Positions 22,299 through 32,431 are shown, numbered from the stretch's first letter. The stretch is DNA of 64,000 nt from Escherichia coli (GCF_024700885.2 NZ_CP117016.1), one strand, 5' to 3'. Numbers and translations are program-made. The notes: generated by a model not told the origin, from the sequence alone.

Positions 22299-23971
22299 TA
22301 AACTGCCCTCACAATGTAATTAAGTGCAATGCTACGGGGTCTGACAGTGATACCCTTCGCATACCCGCTTCTGATAGAGGTCAGAATAGTAGCCTGCATA
22401 CCATTGTCTGACATTGCCACGACAGGATCGCTGAATGTTGTCCCGTCCGGCATTTTAAAGCTGCCCTCACGAAGGTCTGTAATGGAATCTTCATTGTTGA
22501 ATCCCATGCCGACTATCCCCGAGGTTCCCGTAGTGTCCTGGTTATAATAATCCAGCATTGCTGTTCTTAACAGCGTTGCCCCTTGTGCGGACAGCAACTT
22601 ACGTCCTGTATCAACTTTGCGCCCGTCGTCCCATCCACGGATAAACTCACCGCGTAAATCGGGAAGACGGAGGGTCGGGTAGACTCTGGCCAGAACAGGA
22701 TATTGTTCTTTTGTAAAGGCGCGCCCGTCGCACTTTAACCAGCCTGCTGGCGGTGTGGCGGTGGGCCACGGAACAGGCACACCAACGGGTAGCGCCGAGC
22801 CTTCTCCTAAACCAAGGTAATTGAGGACATCTTTTATACTGCCCTTAGCGATAATAGCGCGACCAATAGCTGTAAGGGTTGCCAGCTCTGCGCGGTCTGC
22901 TCCGGTAAAATAAGGCAACCGATCTGCTGCAGTGGCAAGTCCTGCCAGAGCAGTGAGCGTGGCATCTGCCGGTTGTTTTCCGTTTGCCAGATCGTATGCA
23001 GCCTTGACCGCTTTCGGTGTGGCGGCCAGTATTTCAGACGTGCTGTTGATGGCACTGCTCAATTGTACGGTGCCTTTTGCCGTCAGCGAGGCAGCAGGCA
23101 CTCCCGTTATCTGACTCCACGGGTGAGTGTGGCTGACGGGCGCCTTGCCGGCTGCAAGGTCGTATGCAGCCTTGACCGCCTTCGGCGTGGCAGCCTCAGT
23201 TTCTGATTGACTGTCCGTGGCGCTGCTCAGTTGTACGGTGCCTTTTGCCGTCAGCGAGGCAGCAGGCACTCCCGTTATCTGACTCCACGGGTGAGTGTGG
23301 CTGACGGGCGCCTTGCCGGCTGCAAGGTCGTATGCAGCCTTGACGGCCTTTGGTGTGGCGGCCAGCGTTTCAGAGGTGCTGTTGGTGTCACTGCTCAATT
23401 GTACGGTGCCTTTTGCCGTCAGCGAGGCAGCAGGCACTCCCGTTATCTGACTCCACGGGTGAGTGTGGCTGACGGGCGCCTTGCCGGCTGCAAGGTCGTA
23501 TGCAGCCTTGACCGCCTTCGGCGTGGCAGCCTCAGTTTCTGATTGACTGTCCGTGGCGCTGCTCAGTTGTACGGTGCCTTTTGCCGTCAGCGAGGCAGCA
23601 GGCACTCCCGTTATCTGACTCCACGGGTGAGTATGGCTGACGGGGGCCTTGCCGGCAGCCAGGTCATATGCAGCCTTGACGGCCTTTGGTGTGGCGGCCA
23701 GCGTTTCAGAGGTGCTGTTGGTGGCACTGCTCAGTTGGGTGAACCCCTTAGCTGTCAGTGTCGCGTCCGGGTGGTTACGGGAACGTACGTGTTCAGCCAG
23801 TGACTGTGCGGCTTCCTCCGTTTTTTTCTTCAGCCATTTCGTCCTGTTTGCCAGTTGCCGGGGGGCTCGATTTGATATCCCGTCTGCACCACCCAGAACC
23901 GGATCTGATGTCTCCAGTTGATAGATATTTTCTTCCCACTTTTCTGTTTCATTCAGGTTTCCCATAATCAA
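22298..23971 (-). CDS. tail fibre protein (S-like) with collar-type C-terminal domain
   Basis: 557 aa; five tandem 56-aa repeats; C-terminal PWP...AGWL.C.G..F....YP.L collar-like motif. Confidence 0.85.
   Translation of the reverse strand: MIMGNLNETEKWEENIYQLETSDPVLGGADGISNRAPRQLANRTKWLKKKTEEAAQSLAEHVRSRNHPDATLTAKGFTQLSSATNSTSETLAATPKAVKAAYDLAAGKAPVSHTHPWSQITGVPAASLTAKGTVQLSSATDSQSETEAATPKAVKAAYDLAAGKAPVSHTHPWSQITGVPAASLTAKGTVQLSSDTNSTSETLAATPKAVKAAYDLAAGKAPVSHTHPWSQITGVPAASLTAKGTVQLSSATDSQSETEAATPKAVKAAYDLAAGKAPVSHTHPWSQITGVPAASLTAKGTVQLSSAINSTSEILAATPKAVKAAYDLANGKQPADATLTALAGLATAADRLPYFTGADRAELATLTAIGRAIIAKGSIKDVLNYLGLGEGSALPVGVPVPWPTATPPAGWLKCDGRAFTKEQYPVLARVYPTLRLPDLRGEFIRGWDDGRKVDTGRKLLSAQGATLLRTAMLDYYNQDTTGTSGIVGMGFNNEDSITDLREGSFKMPDGTTFSDPVVAMSDNGMQATILTSIRSGYAKGITVRPRSIALNYIVRAV
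22802..22827 (-). other. gix/hix-like recombination site C (inside tail-fibre gene)
   Basis: Reverse complement reads AATTACCTTGGTTTAGGAGAAG; lies at the constant/variable junction of the fibre. Confidence 0.45.
22920..23760. repeat. tandem repeat, 168-bp unit x ~5 (two alternating subtypes) within the tail-fibre gene
   Basis: Near-identical DNA blocks recur at 336-bp spacing (e.g. 23207.. and 23543..); encodes the repeated ...AATPKAVKAAYDLAAGKAPVSHTHPWSQITGVPAAS... unit. Confidence 0.7.
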
Positions 23972-24546
23972 CTGCTCCCGTGGTTATAACTGCCATCATG
24001 GATGGCGGTATTGTTATAGCGAATGGCCACAGACTGATACTCCAGGCTGGCCAGATGGCAGCGGGCCGGTGCAAATGCAGCGAGCGTCTGACGCAGCATC
24101 GCGGCCTGATCGTTAGTAATGGGCTGTTTCAGAATAACGCGATAAACTGCCCAAGCGGCTGCATCTCCATGAACAAACAGTCCGTTATAGCTGCGATTGC
24201 CGTCGTAACTGAGACGACCTGTGCCTTCAATCAGATCCACTTCACCAAAGCCAAAACGGCGGATAACTTCCCGGATTGACCACGGCGTCCCTTTATACCG
24301 GTGCAGTTCGATGGCTGCTTTTATAAGCATGCGGCGAACATCGTCCGATTCCGCCAGCTCCCAGCCATCGCCAGACAGTGAGAACTGCTCGCCCAGCCAT
24401 GGCAGCGCGGAACTGTCGACGATATCGACGAGAAAGACCATCAGTACGCTCAGGTCGATGTTATCCAGCCGTCCTGCCAGTCTTCCCAGCGTCCTGAGAC
24501 TGATATCACCCTCAAGCGGTGGCGGGAGTTGTAATGGCTCAGTCAT
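23968..24546 (-). CDS. baseplate protein (P2 gpI / Mu gp48-like)
   Basis: 192 aa between the baseplate J-like gene and the tail fibre. Confidence 0.55.
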   Translation of the reverse strand: MTEPLQLPPPLEGDISLRTLGRLAGRLDNIDLSVLMVFLVDIVDSSALPWLGEQFSLSGDGWELAESDDVRRMLIKAAIELHRYKGTPWSIREVIRRFGFGEVDLIEGTGRLSYDGNRSYNGLFVHGDAAAWAVYRVILKQPITNDQAAMLRQTLAAFAPARCHLASLEYQSVAIRYNNTAIHDGSYNHGSS

Positions 24547-25642
24547 CAGACACTCCAGTCATGTTAAGAGTGATTGCCGTACAGTTTGCCCATTCGTTTT
24601 CTGCCACCACCCGCAGTGCCGGTGTCACCAGTTCAACCTGGTACACCCCGGAAACGGACAATGCACTGATAATCTGGCTGGGGACAATATCGCGCCCCAG
24701 CGTGGCGGCACGTGATGCCACCCAGTTCTGTATGGCGCTGTTAGCGGCATCTTTTACAGACCTGGCATCCTGATCACGATAGATCGTAATCTTGGCTTCA
24801 ATGGTGTAATCCACCTTCACTGGTGTTTTAGCCCGCACTGTATCAGTGAGTGGCCTGACTTTCTCATCAGAGCAGAAACTCTCTACCAGCGTGAGAACAC
24901 CGCCGTCCGGCAGACCGGTACTGAGCAGCGGATACAGATCTACGGTCCCGGGAACCGGGGAAAGCACAGCAACATCGACAATGTTGGGATGGGCCTGCAT
25001 GGCATGAAAGCGGTATGCGCCACGGCTTCCGGCATTGGTGAATGACTCCGGGGCCAGCCTGATACGCTCCCGGAGCCTGTCATCGTCTTCCTGTTCTGAA
25101 CCGCCGGAACTGGCCGTCAGATTGCTCACCAGCAGGTCGACGTTATCAATCTCATCGAGTAACTGACTGACCTGCGCAGGTTGCCAGCCGTTACCAGCGG
25201 TACCGGGTTCGGTACAGGTGGACGTGACATTGACCAGCAGCAATCCGGCCTTCAGTACCACATCTGTATCGGTGGCAAAAATAACGCTGTCGGAAGCGCT
25301 GACGCGGGTGCCTGCCGGGATCAGCACATCAATGGCCAGTGCCTCATCTACGGAGAACTGGAGCGTGGTAGTGGCAGGCTGCGCGGCAAGACGGTATACA
25401 CCGACCAGTTCACCGAGGTAATCAATCATCGGCTCACGGGCAAAGGCGACCAGATTCTGCTTTGCTGCCTCCTGTACCGCAACCCTGACCAGCATTTCGC
25501 GATAGGCCCACAGATCAATCAGCAGACGTTCTGCCTGTGCCGGGTACAGCGTTTTGCCGGTATCCGCTTCATACTTCGCAATCATTTCTGCCGTGATTTT
25601 GTCGGCATCGCGTTCAATAAAATCGGGTTCTGTCAGCGCCAT
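24539..25642 (-). CDS. baseplate J-like protein (Mu gp47 / P2 gpJ)
   Basis: 367 aa; conserved position and size. Confidence 0.7.
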   Translation of the reverse strand: MALTEPDFIERDADKITAEMIAKYEADTGKTLYPAQAERLLIDLWAYREMLVRVAVQEAAKQNLVAFAREPMIDYLGELVGVYRLAAQPATTTLQFSVDEALAIDVLIPAGTRVSASDSVIFATDTDVVLKAGLLLVNVTSTCTEPGTAGNGWQPAQVSQLLDEIDNVDLLVSNLTASSGGSEQEDDDRLRERIRLAPESFTNAGSRGAYRFHAMQAHPNIVDVAVLSPVPGTVDLYPLLSTGLPDGGVLTLVESFCSDEKVRPLTDTVRAKTPVKVDYTIEAKITIYRDQDARSVKDAANSAIQNWVASRAATLGRDIVPSQIISALSVSGVYQVELVTPALRVVAENEWANCTAITLNMTGVSDD

Positions 25643-25980
25643 AGCAGCTCCTGAGTCCGGGTCTGTCCGTCTGAGCCTTTCCAGCTCACCCGGAGCGTAA
25701 GATGTTCGCCGTCGACGGCGGGTTTAACTGACATAAGCTGGCAGCGGGGCTCCCAGCGCCGGATGGCATCGACGGATTCGCGCACCACATGCGGAATGGC
25801 CCGGTCTACAGGCCAGTCGATATAAAGATGCAGATTGCTGCCGAACTCCGGGCGATGCGGGTCGCTGCCGCGGGGAGTCCGCAGGATAATTTGAATCGCC
25901 TGCCGGATATCATCCAGCCCCCGGACAATTTCGCCGGGAGCCTGCAGGGTCGGTTGCCAGAATACTGAGGTTGTTTTCAT
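25633..25980 (-). CDS. baseplate protein, GPW/gp25-like
   Basis: 115 aa small baseplate wedge-like protein. Confidence 0.65.
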   Translation of the reverse strand: MKTTSVFWQPTLQAPGEIVRGLDDIRQAIQIILRTPRGSDPHRPEFGSNLHLYIDWPVDRAIPHVVRESVDAIRRWEPRCQLMSVKPAVDGEHLTLRVSWKGSDGQTRTQELLWR

Positions 25981-26034
25981 GGGGGCAGTATTGCCCCCGT
26001 GCGGGAACGCTGATATTAAAGGCGTTTAAAAAGC

Positions 26035-26631
26035 TCAGTGGGAGTGGTGGCTGGAGTTTTCGCCATCAGACAACATACTGCCCGTGGCATGGGCATTCCC
26101 TTTAATCTCGATATTGCCATGGATGGTCGCGGTAACACCTTCACCACCAGAACCCGCCATGCCTCCTTCGTAAATCAGCTTACCCCTGACACGCAGATCT
26201 CCGGTAAGTTCGGTTTCCGGTGCGTCAATCGTGGCTTTCTGTGTTTTCAATACCACATCAGCACCACACTCAATGACAATATGCTCAATGCCGCCCCGGA
26301 TGGTCAGAGTGTGCGTCTTCCGGTTGTAGCTGTACTCTGCACCATCAGCAAACCGGGTTCCCCGGATATTTTTGTCACTGAACGGTGGTTTATCGACGTC
26401 TGAATACACCGCGCCCAGAATAACACCATCCTCGCCGTTGGCATCGAGCAGCACCTCAACCTGCTCCCCCACGTCAGGGAGCCAGTAATCTTTGTTATCC
26501 TGGGTATTGCGCTGCAGCACGTTAAGCCAGTTTGTGCGCAGGTTATCGCATTCAGGCAGACGAACGCGGGCCTGAACCCTGTCGGCATCAACGGCACTGA
26601 CCGTACCGACCTGACGAGTGACACCAGTCAT
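26035..26631 (-). CDS. baseplate spike/assembly protein V-like (Mu gp45)
   Basis: 198 aa; gpV-like position. Confidence 0.6.
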   Translation of the reverse strand: MTGVTRQVGTVSAVDADRVQARVRLPECDNLRTNWLNVLQRNTQDNKDYWLPDVGEQVEVLLDANGEDGVILGAVYSDVDKPPFSDKNIRGTRFADGAEYSYNRKTHTLTIRGGIEHIVIECGADVVLKTQKATIDAPETELTGDLRVRGKLIYEGGMAGSGGEGVTATIHGNIEIKGNAHATGSMLSDGENSSHHSH

Positions 26632-27782
26632 TTTTTCTTCTCCTTAATCACCGTCGATGTACTGCCATCCGGGTGATAAACCGTGAGTTTCTGAGTTTTT
26701 TGTTTTTTCCCTCTTGTGACTGGCCCCCGTGCCACTTCCAGCTCTGTGGTGTAGCCGCTGTTACGGTCAAACGCATGGCGGGCAGTGGTTATGAGCCATG
26801 GCCCGGATAACTGCCCAAAACCCACCAGTTCAATTTTGTTGCCTGCTGTCAGTTGAGGTGTTCCCGTCAGCGTCAGGGAGCCGTTCTGCTGGTATTCGTT
26901 ATGTCTGGCCAGTGCTGAATCCGCTTTAATCCGGGCACTGTCCGGGTCGCTGACGCGGCTGTTAACTTTAAGTGAGTCAGCGCTGGTAACCTTACCACCT
27001 TTGAGCTTTTTGTCGCTTTCACGGGTACCACCATCAGCTTCGTAGACGATCAGTTTTTTACTGCTGCTTTTCTGGTGTTTTACCTTTGCAGATTTATAGA
27101 CCCGGTTGATGGTGTCACGCAGGGAAAAGCGGGCCACATCCTGCGGTTTTAACTGCCTGACCGGCTCCTGACTGCGCAGTGTGGCCAGATGAGAAAAAAT
27201 CAGCTGGTCACTGACCACTTTCACTGCATAACCATACTCGCTGGCCAGCCGGCGCAGAAAACCCACGTCGGTTTCAGCATACTGGGTCACCCGGTCGATT
27301 CTGATGGACTCAATGCTGCCCACCAGTTTCAGTCGGTGCTTTCTGGCAATCCGCCCCGCAACAGCTGCCAGCGTGGTGTTCTCAAAACCACGACTGGTTT
27401 TAGTCCGCAGGGCACTGTTAACCGAGGTGGCCACCCCACGGATAGAAACAACGGAAGCGGGCGAACTCACTTCGATCTCGTCTATAGAGAACGTACCGCA
27501 GGACAGCAGCTTCTCGCCCTGATAGCCCATTTTCAGCGTCAGCGTGTCACCCTTGCCCGGATACCATTTATCCAGCCAGCGGCCATCGGTGTCGTCCAGC
27601 TCCACCTCAATGGTATCGGACTCATTTTTGATGTTATCGCTCCAGGTCACACGGGTGACATAAGGCGCGATATCAGAGGTGATGTTTTTCTGCAGATACC
27701 ACAAAGTGAACACCGGTGTCAGCACATCGCTGACGCCGGTTAACGCTGATGTGACTTGCGCAGTGCTGTTTATCTCAGCCAT
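26628..27782 (-). CDS. tail protein, P2 gpD / Mu P-like
   Basis: 384 aa; conserved position after the X-like protein. Confidence 0.6.
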   Translation of the reverse strand: MAEINSTAQVTSALTGVSDVLTPVFTLWYLQKNITSDIAPYVTRVTWSDNIKNESDTIEVELDDTDGRWLDKWYPGKGDTLTLKMGYQGEKLLSCGTFSIDEIEVSSPASVVSIRGVATSVNSALRTKTSRGFENTTLAAVAGRIARKHRLKLVGSIESIRIDRVTQYAETDVGFLRRLASEYGYAVKVVSDQLIFSHLATLRSQEPVRQLKPQDVARFSLRDTINRVYKSAKVKHQKSSSKKLIVYEADGGTRESDKKLKGGKVTSADSLKVNSRVSDPDSARIKADSALARHNEYQQNGSLTLTGTPQLTAGNKIELVGFGQLSGPWLITTARHAFDRNSGYTTELEVARGPVTRGKKQKTQKLTVYHPDGSTSTVIKEKKK

Positions 27783-27985
27783 GGGGCAATATCCTCTTCT
27801 GTACGGGCTTCTTCAGCCTCAATCACCGGGATCAGTAACAACAGCCCGGAGGGCAGCACCGGCGTGATGGCCACGTGCGGATTGGCGGCAATAATCCGGG
27901 GATAGCCCAGCGGGTCACCGTAGTACTGCCATGCCAGCGAATCCCAGCGCTCTCCGTCACGGGTAACATGTTCAAGAAACATCAC
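27770..27985 (-). CDS. tail protein X-like (LysM-type)
   Basis: 71 aa; resembles P2 gpX. Confidence 0.5.
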   Translation of the reverse strand: MMFLEHVTRDGERWDSLAWQYYGDPLGYPRIIAANPHVAITPVLPSGLLLLIPVIEAEEARTEEDIAPWLR

Positions 27986-28866
27986 ACACTCCTCGTCAGT
28001 ATTCTGGCGGCCATTGCACTTAATTCCGGAGACATGCGGTTGAATGCTGTGCCGGCGGCGTTAAGCTGCCCGGAAACGGTATCCAGAGCACCTGCAATAT
28101 TTCTTTTGTCCACACCACTCAGCGCAGACTGTGCCTGCTGTACATACGTGGCTGCTTCGCTGGCTGTTCTGGCCAGACTGATGGCATCGGGCATGGATTC
28201 AGAGAGTGCGTTAAACGCCGGAACACTTTTCCCCAGAGCCCCGGAGATATTACCCAGTCCGCTCATCAGCCCCGGCACACGGGTCAGTGCGACAACGGGG
28301 TTATCCTTCATTTTCTGTGTCACCCGAACGGCGCTGATAGTGGTCTGGAGTACAGACTGCGCCTGTTTCGCATAGTTGACGCCGTTGCGGATGAACTGCG
28401 CCACCCCTGAAGGTGAAGGTATGGCACCGGAGACCGCCCCGACACCCGGGAGCTTCGTGCGTATTGCCGGTGGTTGCAGAGGATTTTTCGGGTCACCGGT
28501 GTATTCCCGGAGAGACACGGTGGCACTGACAGCCAGCACGTTGCCGGTACTGTCAGTCTGCTCGCTGGTTGCAGTCACATCGGTAATCACGAACCAGCCG
28601 CGATAGTCACCGTTGCCGAAGACCAGCGCCAGTGCCTGATGGGCTTTCATGGCTGTTCGCAGTCTCGCCAGCTCCACATCGGGTACACAATAATGCTGAT
28701 GGAAAACCAGAGTTATCTGGATTTCGTCCAGCCTGTCGCCGACGAACTGCAGGCCAGGCTTACCCCCGATGCGGGCATGCTCCGCATAATCGACGCCGAA
28801 CGTGGCCTCGAAGCCGTCCCAGTAGGTAATCAGCTCAAACTCAATATCACCCAGTACGGCAAACAT
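27982..28866 (-). CDS. tail protein (gpU / DNA-circularisation N-like)
   Basis: 294 aa directly downstream of the tape measure. Confidence 0.5.
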   Translation of the reverse strand: MFAVLGDIEFELITYWDGFEATFGVDYAEHARIGGKPGLQFVGDRLDEIQITLVFHQHYCVPDVELARLRTAMKAHQALALVFGNGDYRGWFVITDVTATSEQTDSTGNVLAVSATVSLREYTGDPKNPLQPPAIRTKLPGVGAVSGAIPSPSGVAQFIRNGVNYAKQAQSVLQTTISAVRVTQKMKDNPVVALTRVPGLMSGLGNISGALGKSVPAFNALSESMPDAISLARTASEAATYVQQAQSALSGVDKRNIAGALDTVSGQLNAAGTAFNRMSPELSAMAARILTRSV

Positions 28867-31556
28867 CAGCGGTACTCCTTACGTTGTTTCTGAGCCAGCA
28901 GACGCTCCAGCATTTTTTCCAGCTCATGCAGACTCATATTCAGGGCACCAGTCAGTCCTGCAGGCGCTGTGGTTTCCCTGCCATTGAGGAAAAACTGAGG
29001 ATTAAAGCTGACCTGGATACCACCAGACGTTCCACCGCCGGTTGCAGCTGCACCACGGCCTGAATATCCGGCAGCCAGGATTTCAGGCGAGGGGATACGG
29101 GGAACATCCGGTGTCATCTCATTTGCCAGACGTTGCCCTGGTAAAATCGATGCCCGGGTGGAGAGCGGAATAGCGGGCATGGAAGACAAACTATTGATTA
29201 CGGCTCCGATCGCATTTTTAGCAGACGACATAAACCCATTGATATCGGGCAACGGCATACTGAAGCGAACACCTGAAGTGTTATCCCGTATTTCTGGCCC
29301 CTGGATGCTCACGGGCATTCTGGGGAGCAGTTCACTGGCCATTCGCTGCCCGGCCAGAGCTGCAAGCGGAGTGGTCCGCTGCAGGCCAATGGCGGCCCCC
29401 TGCGCGATATTGTCACCAAAGCCCATAAACACGCGGCTCGGCGAATGAATGCCCAGCTTTTCGCTGAACCAGCCACTGATGCTGTCACCCATTCCGGTTA
29501 CACTGGATTTGAGCGACTCCCATTTGTTTTTGATACCGTTAATCAGACCATCGACAAGATGGCCACCGAAGTCGGTAAACTTTGCCGGCAGATCAACACC
29601 AAGATATTTCAGCGCAGCTGCAAAGGCTTTATAGAGCAGGCCTGCCGGCGACCAGTTAATCAGTAACTTACCAATTCCCACAATGCCGCCGTTAAAGGCT
29701 TCCTGAATGTCTGCCCAGCGCTGTTTAAACCAGCCACTGACTGCCCCCCAGTTGCGGTAGATAAGGTAAGCTGCTGCCGCGACAGCGGTGATAACGAGAC
29801 CGATGGGATTCATCATCAGCGCACGTCCAATCCAGAGAACAGCACGTCCGGCGAGCATAATTCCGCGAACCAGCCCCCCGGAGAGCACGCCACTCAGTGT
29901 TCTGGCTCCTCTGGCGACGGCGCTAAATCCGGTCACCAGCCAGCGGAGCTTACCGCCTTGCCCCAGTGCGAGCGACAGACGAAGCCAGTTGGCCCGAAGT
30001 AAAACAGCATTTTTCCAGACACTTACAAAGGGGGAAATAAGGAGATTCAGCCCCAGTTTGAGACCAACAGTCGCTATCTTAATCGCAAGGAGCGCACTGA
30101 TGAGCTTAAAAGCCCCACTGACAAATTGCGGGTGAGTCGCTACCCAGTGTTTTGCCCCCTGAATGAGTGGAAGCAGTTCCTGAGTCAAAGAAATAAAAGA
30201 TGGAGCTAATTGATCGCCCAGCGTAATTGCCAGATCGCGACTGCTGACCATAAGTGTTTTAGTGGCTTCAAGGGGAGATTTCAGCCGCTGATCATAAGCA
30301 CTGGCAAGCAAATCGTTATCCGCAGCCCTGAGAGCACCGGCACGGATCTCTCGATATCTGTCCATGTTGGCCAGCATCGGGCGGATAAATGCCATGACCT
30401 GCATATCCGCGAACATATCGCCCAGACCAAAGTTTTTCGCCAGAGCCTGAAGTGCCTCATCTCTTGCCGTATCATTCTTTATTTTCATGGCTGATTTGAA
30501 GCCGGCCAGCGCTTCGGGGCTTTTGGCATTGAGGTAACGTTCTATAACACTCAACATCCCTTCAATCGGAGAGATCCCCGCAGCTTTATAACTCGCAATA
30601 GATCCCTGCAAATCAATACCCAGATCAGCAAACTGTTTCTGAGTATCGCGGGCAAAAATTTTGGTAAGAAAGTTTTTAAAATTATTGGCTGCTTCGTCGG
30701 TGGAACCTGCACCGATTTTTGCTATCTGGAGACTGGCCCCGATTTCAGCAACAGCCTCTTTTCCACTGGCAATACCCGCCATCATTGGGGCCAGGGACTG
30801 CATCCACTTGACCTGATCCGGGATTTCAAATGACCCCTGGTCACCGGCATAAGCCATAATATTCTGAACGGCACCAAAATCTCTGGCCGCACCTTTCAGG
30901 GAGTTTTGCCAGACTGCGGCCACTTTTGCCCAGTCCTGAGCAGACGTGCGTGTTGCCGTTGCCGCGCGGGCAATATCCGGCATCAGAAAACCGATATCTG
31001 ACACATTATCAATATTGTCGCTGATGAGTGAACCCACCGCCTCCTGCAGCTCATCCTGATACTGATTGTATTTAAGCGCCCAGCCTTTTATCTGTCCGGC
31101 AAGTCCATCCCGCGTTTTATTGTCATATTTTGCGGTGATCGACATATCAATCATTTTGTCCTGAAAAGACATGGACTGCTGAACGGCAGGGGAAACCGTA
31201 TGATAAACAGTCTGTGCCATGCCATACGCTTCAATCCCCTGACCATACAGCGCCATGCGGTTAGCTTTCAGCGCATCACTGGTAGCGGATGCCGCTGACA
31301 GACGGCGCTGCTGGCGCTCAATTTGCTCCATGGTGCGGCTTACCCGCAGCAGCTCGCTGTTGAGATGCTGCATCCGGGAAGAACCCAGTTGACCATAACG
31401 TTCTGTTGCACGGGTTAAAGCGTTCTGACGTTCCTGCAGGCGGCGTGAGGTATCGCTCAGGGAATCAAGCGCACGGCGGGTACCGCTCATTGCAGAACGG
31501 AATGTGCTACCAATCATCCCGCCGATAACAACGCCGACTGAAAACTGTCCCGACAT
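28866..31556 (-). CDS. tail tape measure protein
   Basis: 896 aa; helical with Gly/Ala-rich hydrophobic blocks; follows the chaperone genes. Confidence 0.8.
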   Translation of the reverse strand: MSGQFSVGVVIGGMIGSTFRSAMSGTRRALDSLSDTSRRLQERQNALTRATERYGQLGSSRMQHLNSELLRVSRTMEQIERQQRRLSAASATSDALKANRMALYGQGIEAYGMAQTVYHTVSPAVQQSMSFQDKMIDMSITAKYDNKTRDGLAGQIKGWALKYNQYQDELQEAVGSLISDNIDNVSDIGFLMPDIARAATATRTSAQDWAKVAAVWQNSLKGAARDFGAVQNIMAYAGDQGSFEIPDQVKWMQSLAPMMAGIASGKEAVAEIGASLQIAKIGAGSTDEAANNFKNFLTKIFARDTQKQFADLGIDLQGSIASYKAAGISPIEGMLSVIERYLNAKSPEALAGFKSAMKIKNDTARDEALQALAKNFGLGDMFADMQVMAFIRPMLANMDRYREIRAGALRAADNDLLASAYDQRLKSPLEATKTLMVSSRDLAITLGDQLAPSFISLTQELLPLIQGAKHWVATHPQFVSGAFKLISALLAIKIATVGLKLGLNLLISPFVSVWKNAVLLRANWLRLSLALGQGGKLRWLVTGFSAVARGARTLSGVLSGGLVRGIMLAGRAVLWIGRALMMNPIGLVITAVAAAAYLIYRNWGAVSGWFKQRWADIQEAFNGGIVGIGKLLINWSPAGLLYKAFAAALKYLGVDLPAKFTDFGGHLVDGLINGIKNKWESLKSSVTGMGDSISGWFSEKLGIHSPSRVFMGFGDNIAQGAAIGLQRTTPLAALAGQRMASELLPRMPVSIQGPEIRDNTSGVRFSMPLPDINGFMSSAKNAIGAVINSLSSMPAIPLSTRASILPGQRLANEMTPDVPRIPSPEILAAGYSGRGAAATGGGTSGGIQVSFNPQFFLNGRETTAPAGLTGALNMSLHELEKMLERLLAQKQRKEYR

Positions 31557-31631
31557 AGTGGTTAACCTCCGGGGAAGGTGAAAAGACGTGAGGGGATAAC
31601 GCAGAACAGCCGCTACTGGCGGCTGTCTGTA

Positions 31632-31889
31632 CTATGATTTGTCGCCGTACTCGCTTTTTATTTGCTCTTCAGCCTGCTCCAGCCACATCTCCAGATCGTC
31701 AGTATCGAGGGCATCAATCTCCCCCGGCTGAAACCGGAACCATCTCGCCAGCAGCCCCTGCGCCTGCGTCAGCGCCCTAGTTGCTCTCACCCATCCCCGT
31801 GATGAGCTGAAATCGTTTCTGTAACTGCAGGTAATCAGCCAGATCCATATTGTCGAGATCTTCCGGGAGAAGACCAGTACTGCGGGCAA
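31632..31889 (-). CDS. overlapping +1-frame ORF (possible frameshift extension of the tail chaperone)
   Basis: Open across the stop of 31777..32049 in the +1 frame and ends 75 bp before the tape measure. Confidence 0.35.
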   Translation of the reverse strand: MPAVLVFSRKISTIWIWLITCSYRNDFSSSRGWVRATRALTQAQGLLARWFRFQPGEIDALDTDDLEMWLEQAEEQIKSEYGDKS

Positions 31890-32049
31890 TCAGCGGTTCG
31901 TCCCAGTCTGCCGGGTTTTTGCTGATTTTGCGCACCTGCTTCAGGTCTTTTACCGTCAGGCGTTTCAGTTCAACCTGCTCAATTCTGGTGCCTGCAGCAG
32001 TGGTGAAGGGATAAGACAATTTAAAAGTATCGGATGGGGTCTGTGACAT
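31777..32049 (-). CDS. tail assembly chaperone (P2 gpE-like)
   Basis: 90 aa between the tube and tape-measure genes. Confidence 0.55.
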   Translation of the reverse strand: MSQTPSDTFKLSYPFTTAAGTRIEQVELKRLTVKDLKQVRKISKNPADWDEPLIARSTGLLPEDLDNMDLADYLQLQKRFQLITGMGESN

Positions 32050-32431
32050 GATTGTGCTCCTGTGTAAGTTCAGGGCAGTATGTCGGGAGAAGCGCGTGAC
32101 GGATATTAAAGGAGATTAAGAAGAAGGGGCCGGAGCCCCTGTGATGTCAGCAAGTGCGAAACCCCTTGCAGTTACGCAGGAAAGCGATGAGAAGCGTCTT
32201 TCCCTCAGATTTGCCGGTGCCGGAGAACCAGTGGTCGGGAGGCTCCCATGCTTCAATCAAATCCGCCAGTTTGCGGGCCTTTGAACGTGTGCAGTCAATC
32301 GGGTCATTGGTTTTACGGGTATTAAAAAGGGTTTCCACCCCCCGGAATATCAAGGAGGGTAAACCACGTACCATTTGACATGCCCAGTGCCGCACATCGT
32401 CTTCCTTTATCCGTCAGTTCAACACTCATCG

